Origin: Dimargaris cristalligena
Taxonomy: Eukaryota
Assembly (NCBI GenBank): GCA_003614675.1
Contig: ML002275.1
Coordinates: forward strand, 1-49,779
Length of the DNA stretch: 49,779 bases
Reading direction: 5' to 3'
Numbering within the stretch: position 1 is the stretch's first letter; the number at the start of each line of letters is the position of its first letter. This document shows, piece by piece, positions 24,136-34,489 of this stretch. The notes below the pieces were generated by a model. It was not told the DNA's origin, ran no database searches, and worked only from the letters and a program-made list of their open reading frames with translations. The position numbers and the translations under genes were made by a program.

Positions 24136-26661
24136 ATGGTCACCCGTCTACTCTACGGCAACTGGATCGATGACTATATCGGTAAGTAGCCCCGAACCAA
24201 GGGTAACCACCACGTATGCCGAGCCAAAAGTACATCCAGTATCACCTAAACTAACCCCTGACTTGCTGTACCCGCCTGGTTTCACCATTTTCCTATACTC
24301 TCTACATTCCCTCCCTGTCCGTTGGTTATCCTAGACCGGGCCACTGCCGAAACCATTCCACGTGGTCAGGAGGACTATGGCATCATCCTCGAAATCTGCG
24401 ACCAGGTCCGGAGCAAGCAGATGCCCGCCCGGGACGTCGCCAGGTCGATACGGCGGCGCATTGCTCACAAAAACCCCAATGTGCAGATCCTGGCCCTGAA
24501 GCTTACCGACATGTTGGTCAAGAACGGAGGCGCCCCCTTTCTGGCTGAAGTAGCCGGCCGGGAATTCATGGACGACTTGGTATCGCTTATCCATGCGCCG
24601 CAAACGGTGCTCCACTTTGAGGTCCAACGCCTACTTCTCCAATTGATTCAGGATTGGGCCCTGGCCCTCCAGAGCAAGCCCGAATACCCGTACCCGGTCC
24701 AGGTTTACCACCGACTGAAGGCAGAGGGACTCCCGTTTCCCGCTCCGGGCCGCTCCAATGCACCCGCTATTGTCGAGACGGCAACGGCCCCCGAGTGGAC
24801 CGACAGCGATGTATGCATGCGGTGCCGGACGGGTTTCACCATGACGAACCGGAAACACCATTGCCGGAACTGTGGTCAGACCTTCTGCCAGCAGTGCTCG
24901 TCCAACAATTCGGCCCTTCCGCATTTTGGCATGAGTGACCCCGTGCGGGTATGCCACGGTTGTTACCTCAAGCTCAAGAAGATTGTATACTCTTCCGAAA
25001 CGTACCCCGGCTCTAACCAGCTCAACGGCTCGGGCACTGCTACCTCCAAATCGACCCCCCATACGTCCCACTCTATTAAACCCGAGTACCCGCACCGCCA
25101 TTCTTCCAGTCGCAGTCGATCTTCCTCGGCGGCTCAGGCATCATCCGCGCCGGCTGCCCGTGCCGGCGAAGAGGATGACGAAGACTTAAAGCTGGCCATC
25201 CAGCTCTCGCTAAAGGAGGCCCAGCAGCACCGGCGAAGCTATAATTCGGTCGCGATGGCCCCAAAGGCCCCTCCTGTAGTTTCCCAGGGGACTACCTCGG
25301 TGGTTACCCACGCCCGCTCTCCCTCTGGTCAGACCAGGGGGTATACCGTGGAGGATGTTAAAGTGGTAGGCTCTGTACATCGACCGACCGAAGAGCCGTC
25401 TGCAGCGAGTGTGGAAGAGGAAGACCCCGACCTCGCTGCTGCGATTGCTGCATCCATCCAAGAGATGAGACTCGATGAGGCCCGGCGAACTGGTCGGCCG
25501 ACAAACACCGCACCTGGGCCCATGTCTCCGGCCAATTCCTCGTTCCTCTCCAGCAATGCCCTCCCGGGCGATTCAACCGGCCAGGGGACTGTCGGGTCCG
25601 TGGGACCAGTGGCCCTGAAATCATACGAACTGAGCACCCTGGAGAAGGAAAACATCGAGCTATTCGCCACCTTGCTGCTACGGGTTCAAAATGATGCGGC
25701 AGCCAAGGGTGCCCAGCCCAATCTCCATGAGCACCCCCAGCTGCCCTATCTGCACGAGCAAATCGGCAAACTACAACCCAAATTGGCCCGCAACCTGGCC
25801 GAGGTCGTCGGCACTCACGAGCGTCTGTTGTCCCTCCACGCCAAGATTGGACAGGCTGTACGACAGTACGATGGTCTTTTGGACCAGCGTATTTCATTGG
25901 CCCGGCATAACAGTACTCCCGGAGGTGGTGACCCGAAACTAGGAACGACAACGGCCATGCCCTCGTCTTATGCACCGGGGCCTCCCCACCCAACCTACGT
26001 TAATCAAACGTATCCGGGTACACCATTCGCGCCCTCGGCGCATAACGGTGGCTACCCATTACCACCACCGCAGGGGGCAGTTCCATTTGATGGAGGTGCC
26101 GGCGCACAAGGTTACCCAACATACCCAATGGTGGCTCCGGGCGGGGCGGGGGGGTACTCCCACCCCGGATCCGTGGTCGGTGGAGGCCCCCCAACTCCTG
26201 TATCGGGCCCAGGCCCAGTAGCCGTGTCCGGTTATCCTCCCCCATCGACACCTACCCCACACGCTTATCCCGTTAACGGACAAGCCCCAGTTGTTGGTTA
26301 TCCGACCAGCCCCGCTGCATATCCCATGCCAATTCCGACTTCTGGTGCGAACCCGTACCCTGAAGGCGGCTACGTCATTCCCGGTAGTGGGATGGCGCCA
26401 ACTCCCAACACGCTTACCTCCCAGGGACAACCGTCGGCCGCACCTACCTATCCCCCGTCGGCCACACCATACTATTATCCACCCGCCACGGGAGCCCCTC
26501 TCACCAGCTATCCCCCCATGCAACCTACGCATCCCCCCAATGGTGGGGTATCCTCACCTAATGGACACCACCCATCGTCCGAAGCCCAACTCCACCAACC
26601 GCAACAGCAGCAAACACCACCCCCGGCACCTGTAGAAGAGGCCCCGTTGATTGAGTTATAA
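24136..26661 (+). CDS. VPS27: ESCRT-0 subunit Vps27/Hrs; exons 24136-24181, 24335-26661; 790 aa
   Basis: VHS domain, FYVE finger (W.DSDVCMRC..RKHHCRNCG..RVCHGC), two UIMs (DEDLKLAIQLSL, DPDLAAAIAASI), GAT/coiled coil, Pro/Tyr-rich tail and terminal clathrin box LIEL. The intron is phase 1, GTAAGT..CTAG. Confidence 0.96.
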
Positions 26662-29600
26662 TGACGGGTTGTTCAACCACGATCATCAGTTTATGAACAG
26701 GGATGAACCCGAGCCTCTTCTAATTGCAATACACGCACCCCACTCTTTCATATTTGGGCCATTGTTTTTCCCCACAAGCAGCCGATCTGTCCCCCTTACG
26801 TTGTTCAATGACCACTATATATCCTAGACTATCCGATGGATTAGTGCAGCCCAACCTGTTTCGTTTTATACTATCGTTTGCTGCACCTGGCCACTTTGAA
26901 TCATTTACCTATTGGTGGTTTTGTTGTCATTGGCATTGGCATTTGCATTTGTATGGTATGATCTTGAATGATCGCAGTCTTATATTTACCCTGCTCTTTG
27001 TTTTTTATATCCTCAATTTGGCTCTCCCTTGTACTACTTTTAAAATAATAAACATGAATCATATTTTACTTATATCACCCTCTCCCCTCCCCTTAAACCT
27101 GGGAATACCTAGGCTTAGGAAGTTGGGGCTCAAATAGCGAAATCGTGGTTTGCAGAACCTTTGAATGTAAGTCATACCACACAACCGTTATTCCTTTTGA
27201 TGGATGCGGGGTGTGAATAATTAATATTCTAAAGATTATGGTTTTTTGTGGCCGTCCGTAATCAGGCCAATCGCCCTGCCCATAGGCAGGTTGGTTCGGT
27301 ATTTAGTACGTATTTTAAGGGCCGGGGGACGAAATAAGGAACAACCACTGCATTAGTGAAGCATGCAGTTATTGGAAACCTAATAATAATCTAGGGCACT
27401 CGGATCCACCTTCCCTTACAATTAGGGGAAGCGAATGTGTTGATGAAAATGATTGTTCTCTGCACCGGTCGGTGAAAACGGCCCTTGGGGTGTGGGTTAA
27501 GACGCCTCGCCCTTTGGCTCGCCACCACTATGTGGTTGTATGATGGGGAGTTGGGTAAATATAAAGTCCTGTCCGTTTGGTTACTCAAATGAGCAGCTTT
27601 ATTACCACTACTGTTGACCGCGTCGCACGTAAGCTGCATACAACAAAGGTATAAGGTCATTTCGATATTGTAGCCACCTTGTACGTACTGCCCATAGCGC
27701 TACCATTATCAACGCTGTTGACGTTATTACCATTGGGCCCTATCATTAACCATCTAACGCCTAATGTATCTAATGGTCAAGGATACTACTAGTATACAGG
27801 TTTATATATTCACGTGCAAACCTCGTTTGCGGCCATTTACTTCAAATAACGACCCCCATACTCCAACAATATTTCCACATTTACCTATCTCGACTAAAGT
27901 CGAGCACCTCTAGTTATTGCAGGTGTAAACACAATCTTTGCACTTTGAAATACTACATTGATTCGTGTTTTATATACTAATAGTAAAAGTTGGGGCTGTA
28001 GACCACTTGTTGTATCGAATTCTTCTTTTGACATCGCTGGTTTTTCTTCCAGTAAAATTAAAGGTAAAGTCGTTCATATCTGGAGGTGGAAATCCCCCCC
28101 TCCAAAAAAATAAGAAAACCTCAATATGCCTCAAAGAAATAAGGAATTACCAAGAATCACTGCGACGCGATTCAACGATTCTACGTTAATATGGGTGACC
28201 AATCGGCTGAGCGGTCCACAGGGGCCAATATACCATGGCCATGCTGTAGTGCATAACAAAAATATCCAATGCATCTGTTATTTGAAATCGGTCACACCGA
28301 ATTCAGCACCTATCGAACTTGTGACTGGGGCTAAAGAGGGAACCCGTTCGGATTCCAATATCAATAGATAGGTTGGCGGCACTCGAAAGCTCCTACCCAC
28401 CCTGACACAGTATTCTTGCCTCATTCCCACTTATTCATTCAACCAAGGAGTCAGTATACACCATCACTCATGGATAGTTCAGGGTATGTTAAGGGCCGAC
28501 CCTTAATTCAGGAACCCGCTATCCCAGCCTCATTTGTCCCATGGAGTGATTCGGAAGAAAGGGGAATAACCCTGAATGTAAGGGTGGTAATGGTACCTAA
28601 TCCGATTAAATGAAGGAACACAAAAGATGGTGAATCTAAACAAACAAGGATGACAGGAAAATAACTGGTGTTATTGACATTGGCACCTGGCCTCAGCATG
28701 AGCTGAAGGAACCAACGGTTGATAGAGGTACCAAATAAAATGGCCTCGTCATCGTACAGACTAAGCCTAGTAGGTAATACCTGTAATATTATCGAATATT
28801 CCCTGATATACATGCTGGCCACCTTACCAAAAAACCAAAGCATATATTTCCAGCCATACTGATACTGCTTATTCGTCAATCTAATTATCTAATCAAGACT
28901 GATATATAGACGGCGAATAATCCAATGAAGTTTTCTTTACTCATTTCGATTAGTAAATCGGAACTGCATATAAGAGTCACGATTACAAAAACTAGTATGG
29001 CAAGGGGGTAGGCCGTCGTCTGGTTCGGAAAGAATACATTAAACTGAACCGCTAGGGTCACGTTTGTTGGAATCATTCTAGAATCAATTGAATGAATAAT
29101 AAATAACCAAGGTTGGATGTCTAGTAACGTCGTATGCTGGGAGGATAGCCAAAAACAGCATGCGCTACTAAATGGTAAACAATAAGCTATGTCTATGAAG
29201 ATTGGGTATACGAAAGGGCGACAAAAGGATATGCAGTCCTACAGGGGCATACGCTACAACTAATTCAGGATAGTCATTTTACGTGAAGGCCAGAACTGCC
29301 GTGGGTCCACCCCAGGGTCTCAAGAACCAAATCATAACATCATTCGGGTAAACGTGATTAACCATTGCAATCCCCTCGACTGAATAAGAGGGTAACGTAT
29401 CTGGTTGAGGCCGCGATTGGGGTTGCCCAGTGTATCGGCCTTGAGATTGAGTCTGGCCCCTTGACCGGTTTAGACAGTACATACCACATATTGAGGCGGG
29501 TGCTACGGATACGAATAGCACGTACCCTAGATTCAACACACGCATTAAATTAGGAATGACCTGAATGATTGTGTATCGCCCCACCCAGTGGGGCCAACGG

Positions 29601-29694
29601 ACGCGCTTACGGTTGTACGTTAAGGTAGCCCAAAGTAACTACAGCGCGATTCTTGTCGCCTCAGCAACGTGACTTTTCCGTATAACCACTCCCG

Positions 29695-29702
29695 TATAAA
29701 TA
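29695..29702 (+). promoter_or_regulatory. TATA box of the secreted peptide precursor gene
   Basis: TATAAATA lies about 180 nt upstream of the ATG, within a duplicated CCGTATAA, and is followed by a pyrimidine-rich leader. Confidence 0.5.
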
Positions 29703-29875
29703 CTGCGACCATTGACCGCAAATTAATGAAAATCATCATCAGCTCAAGCAACTTCCATCTCTTACGACTCAGTTCATTCTAACGACTCTTCTCTTCCCCC
29801 CTAGAACTCTTTTTTTTTAAGTTTACGACCTATTCTCTACACCCTCCTTCCTACCCTCACCGCCAAACCATCAAC

Positions 29876-30379
29876 ATGCGTTTCTCCACCACCATTGCCC
29901 TCTTCGGCCTCGCCGTCCTCGCCTCCACTGTAATGGCCTCCCCCGCCGGTCCCGCCGAAGGAGAAGCCGGTGCCGTTGACTTCGATGATGATGACAACAC
30001 CGGCCTTTTCGACACTGAGAGCGCCGACGATGATGCCTCTTCCATTATCGGCAAGCGCGATTTCCAACAGACCAAGGAGAAGAGCGGTATGATCGGTATG
30101 CCCATCATCTTCGGCGCCAAAGGCCAGAAGACCTGGTTGGAACGCCAGCACGCCCCCGTTCATGCTGCTAGACCCGCTTACCGCCAGCCCGCCCACAAGT
30201 CGTACGCCCCCAAGTACCGCCGTGATTTCCAGCAGACTAAGGAGAAGAGCGGTATGATCGGCTTCCCCATCATCTTCGGCACCAAGGGCCAGAAGACTTG
30301 GTTGGAACGTCCCGCTGAGGTCCGCCAGGCCCCTGTCCACGCCAAGCCCTATGCCCCCAAGCACTACGGCAAATACTAA
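29876..30379 (+). CDS. Secreted Kex2-processed repeat peptide precursor (KEP-like), 167 aa
   Basis: Signal peptide MRFSTTIALFGLAVLASTVMA, then an acidic pro-region. KR and RR each precede DFQQTKEKSGMIG[M/F]PIIFG[A/T]KGQKTWLER. Codons are strongly biased to C/G endings. Confidence 0.88.
   Translation: MRFSTTIALFGLAVLASTVMASPAGPAEGEAGAVDFDDDDNTGLFDTESADDDASSIIGKRDFQQTKEKSGMIGMPIIFGAKGQKTWLERQHAPVHAARPAYRQPAHKSYAPKYRRDFQQTKEKSGMIGFPIIFGTKGQKTWLERPAEVRQAPVHAKPYAPKHYGKY
30059..30310 (+). repeat. Internal coding duplication: two 87-nt cores (30059-30145, 30224-30310), period 165 nt
   Basis: A 29-codon alignment shows 6 synonymous and 2 non-synonymous codon differences. Confidence 0.92.
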
Positions 30380-31460
30380 GCAAATTACCATTCACCACAC
30401 AGCCTAACCGGCCTATTCTGTCTAGGGGTACTAGTCTTACTATTTTCGATGATTTCATCGTGACCTAATAAATACTTGTCTAAGTTCATTCGAAAGCGAA
30501 ATCTGCAGCGATGATTAACATGACATTTTGGTGGGAGTACATTAATACCATTGTGAATACTTTGTGTGCTTTATCTAATAGATTCTTTTAAAACTAACAC
30601 TTATTGATTAATCCGAAAACCTTGTTAAGATAGGAAAAACCCTAGAATTTCCAATATCTTGTGTCCATTGGCCTAGATTCAGTGAGGTTACTTAGCTGCT
30701 GGAAAGCCATATCATTCGTTCCACATTGGATTTGATCGCTATGTCTCACTTATTTGGCAATGACAATGACCTTAGAATATCTTCTAATTTTACTTGTATA
30801 TTCACTATAGATCCTATTTTCAGTAATTAAAGTACTACTGACTCAGATTGTACTGCCTAACTTCACAGCGCCACTGTTAATTTGGGAGTATTAATAGAAT
30901 TTGTGGAATTTTTCTTTTATATCTGATCTCAAATTTTAGTAGTTACCTACCTTAACACGTTACTAGAGCCCATGTGGTAAGTTTCGTAGTATTAAAGCGT
31001 TTGGATATGACTTGAGCGGTACCATCAGCAGGAGACAACATAAGTATGATATCTATATATAATTACCTAGGCGCGGGGAGCTTAACGGGGGGTGAGTGTA
31101 TACTTTTTTTGACGTTTTCAGATAAATGTATGTTAAGGAATGCCATACCGTGACGTGTGAGGGGATGTGTACTTGGTGATGGTGTCGGGAGGCCACCCGG
31201 GATCGGTGATAGCAGCAACTGAATACAGCCACTGGTATCTGTAAGCCTTCGATAGAAGCGGGAAGTGCCTTCAGATTGCTGGTGAAGAGGTAGCGGAGAA
31301 GGCTTCTGGTTGTCTGTCACATTTCAACTAATAATCATTTTTCTTTCAGGCACAGCCATGGGAAGGATGTCATGGCATAGTAATGCTTAGTTCGAGTAAT
31401 AGCGAAGGCCAGAGTCTGGTTTTTAAAGATTGAATTGGCCTACACAATGCCCCAGTTTCG

Positions 31461-33695
31461 AGTTAAAATGTCAACCATCTATTGGTCTGAAAGGCAAGGA
31501 TTTGTACAGTTGGTATACTGAATGGAAAAGGGCAGCTCTGTATAAAATTAATACCTGAATGCTAACCATAAGAAACATCAGTTATTAACAGGGCTGACTG
31601 ATTTACCAATATTCTTCACCCACTATTATATTTAAAGGCATTGCCATATTTTTCATTGGGTTAATTTAAGTTTTCTAAAGGGAATAGGTAATGTTACATG
31701 AGTTAACCACTCTTAGTCTGTCAAGATTCCTGAGGATAGGCTTCTAATGGTAGGCAGGGCTTAGACTCAGCCAAGTGGTCTTCTAGCATTAGGATAGGGG
31801 CAGTACTAACTAATAAAGGGTAAGTGCCAGTATATGTAAGGGATATGCAGCAGGCACACTTATAAGTTAGTACAGAGGAGTGAATGTATATAGAGTTTAT
31901 TAGGGTAAACTAGGGGAGAGGAATAGCTGCCATTTAACTAGTCCCAGTAGGGACCAGTTATATATATGCAGGGGACTACTCCAAAGAAAGGTCCCCAAAG
32001 GAAGATATTACTAAAACTGCTAGTGGATAACTAACTGGCCAGATGGTGTAGGGACATGGAAGACTCAGCTGGGAACTGGAAGAGTTGTTAGATCAGCCCG
32101 GGAGTGAATGGTGGGTTCTGGAGTTAAGAAGGAAAAGGGTTATATAATATGGAAGGGTCCTATAGTACCAGGGGCAACTATGGGAAGGTAATATAGCACT
32201 ATAAGGCCTAATAGGGGTGGTGATTGTTAAGTACCAATTTAGGTTAGATTAGGAGGGCCAACATTCACATAATTTATTCAATTAACAGAAGCCAGAATAT
32301 AAAAAGGGTGCTATCTTCAGCTATATACAACTACATATATATATGTATATATATAAAGATGTACCAGAAACATAAACTAGAAAATAAACCACATTTAACC
32401 CACACTTTGGCAGTCACCTCAAAGTTAGTTATTTAAGTGGAGGCTGGGTTGTTTTCCCAACTGTGTTCAGCCTTGGAGAGCACAGAGCTGTGGTCAAAGG
32501 CAGGGTAATCCCTCAGGATAAACACAGGATACCTGGTGGCCTCCTTTGTAGGGTGACTTAATATTATTTCCTCCTGCATTATTACAGAGGATGGCAGGTC
32601 CGTTTTAGTACAGACAGCTGCCAAGAAGGGGAGAAATGGCCATGGTATGGCCATTGGAAAAAGGAGGAATGAGGGGAGAAAGAGGAGGGGGGTGGGAGAA
32701 AGAAAAGCAAATGGAGAGCAGTATAGATGAAAGTGTTTCTTGGCATATGTTGTCAATGATAGGTTACTTTGGATGGCATTCACTTGCCTACTTATAACCG
32801 ACTGGCTATTTTATTAAACAGATACAGTGTAAGCAGCACCTAACTATCCCTTCAAAGGGGACTACCTTCATGTGACCATTCCAAAACAGGAATAGGGGGA
32901 TAATACCCTAATCAGTGATGTATATTGGGAATTGGCCAGATAATGGTTACCATACCCTGATGGTCCCTTTGTCTACACATATGGCTTCATGGATGTCTTT
33001 TGCAATTAAAATATCTACAAGGCAATTATCATTGGATTACAGTTAGGCATAATGAATAGGTAGTATGGCCTAAGGCACCACCTGCGGCACCTAGTCTTGG
33101 GATAGGGCTACAGATGAGGCTATTAACTGAAGACTGCTACATTGTAAAAATTTCATGACAACAATGCCAAAAAGTGTCCTGATTTTCTGGGTCTGTTTCC
33201 ACCCAAGGATCATCAGACTATCTGTGACAGCTAGATCCGCCATTGCTGTCTGCTACATGTCTTGTTGGGGGAAATGAATCTGCCTATCGGCCATTGTACT
33301 GTGCCATTGATGGCTCCCGTTAAACCCTACCAGTCCCATTTAAACACCAACCAGACCATTGCCTAGTCATAGCATAGTCACAGCCAAATAATGCTGCACC
33401 CCTAATAGGAAAGGGGAAACTTTTTGGCCTTCGGCTATGGAATTAAACCAATGGATGGACTAGGACTAATTGATATCCATTCAAGTACAATTGTGTTCAG
33501 ACATGTTAATTAAATCACTGCCAGTTTACTTTTGGCATTGGCAGAAACTGGGGAGCGGAATGGTAAGTCTGGATGGTCCATAGTCTAGTGGCTGTGCTGT
33601 AATTTCATGAATTCGGTGGCAAGCTGGTATCCCGGAGCAATATTCACACCATTGCAGTCACCATGATTCTTTAGAATGACCCTACTGCTTTTGGA
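31461..33695. other. CpG-depleted block, probable mutated repeat/TE relic
   Basis: Only 11 CpG in ~2.2 kb by manual count, all within CCG or CGG. Flanking genes are CpG-rich. Confidence 0.7.
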
Positions 33696-33816
33696 TCGCA
33701 TGTCCATAGTATGGGTTGGTTGCATTAAATGGACACAAGTCACGTTTCTGTGCTGTCCCGTGGCTTTGTTGTCTTCCTAGATTGTGGGGTGCTTACAAGA
33801 CTAGTGGTTAGGTATA

Positions 33817-33956
33817 AGATGGATAAAATTCAAACCAGCTGCAGAAGGTTTTACATAATATGTGTATGGGCAAATGTGAGAATAGCTTTTAACCAGTAAT
33901 ATTGGCCTTATCCAATGGATTTTTCATTATACAGCCTGAATGAGCTTCTTCCAAAT
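33817..33956 (+). mobile_element. MITE copy 5
   Basis: GGATAAAATTCAAACCAGCTGCAGAA...TTATACAGCCTGAATGAGCTTCTTCC, flanked by AGAT/AAAT. Confidence 0.85.
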
Positions 33957-34489
33957 GATAAGATTACTTTTCAACAAAGTTCCACTCCATAAATCAGAGT
34001 TGGTAGAAGTAACAAAGATGCTGTAATAGTTGGTGTGGCATACTCGCAAAATATAGATGACCGTATAAATATATCTACCATTTATTCAATTATTGGCTTA
34101 ACCAGTTGCTTTTATTATGGAATGCATGGCCCTTTACAGCAAGTAAGATTACATGGTGGGATATCGTTTTTAGGCGTAGGGAAGGAGTAATACCGGTAAC
34201 CAGTATATTTTGTGGATAGCTATCCATTTGTTTAGATAGTAATTTGAGGATGCGAAAAGCTGCATGAATAGATGTCCAAGTTAAAGTACATTGATTTATC
34301 TAAGTTCAAATCACCGCCCCTCCCCTTCCACGCTCCACACACACCATTAATCGACAGTTGCTTAACCAAGGCCAAATTGCAATAGGTCACAGATTAACCG
34401 GAATTACCAGGCTGATAGCTGTAATTGACCCCTCTTTACTTTTTCCGATTTTGAAGGAGTATGGAAACGGGTTCCACATGCGACCCACG

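Noticed and set aside
28508-29584. Hydrophobic minus-strand ORFs divergent from the peptide precursor as a cognate receptor or maturase gene
   Set aside because: The ORFs are in different frames and AT-rich without codon bias. I found no consistent splice path and no GPCR or DUF3328 (HxxHC) motif. A decayed gene cannot be fully excluded.
29837-30391. 184-aa antisense ORF over the peptide precursor
   Set aside because: It is a shadow of the strongly biased codon usage on the plus strand, which has the signal peptide, TATA box and processing sites.
33782-33805. Hairpin plus CTAG as a Helitron 3' end bounding the CpG-depleted block
   Set aside because: The hairpin is weak and only 2 nt from CTAG, and no matching 5' end was identified.
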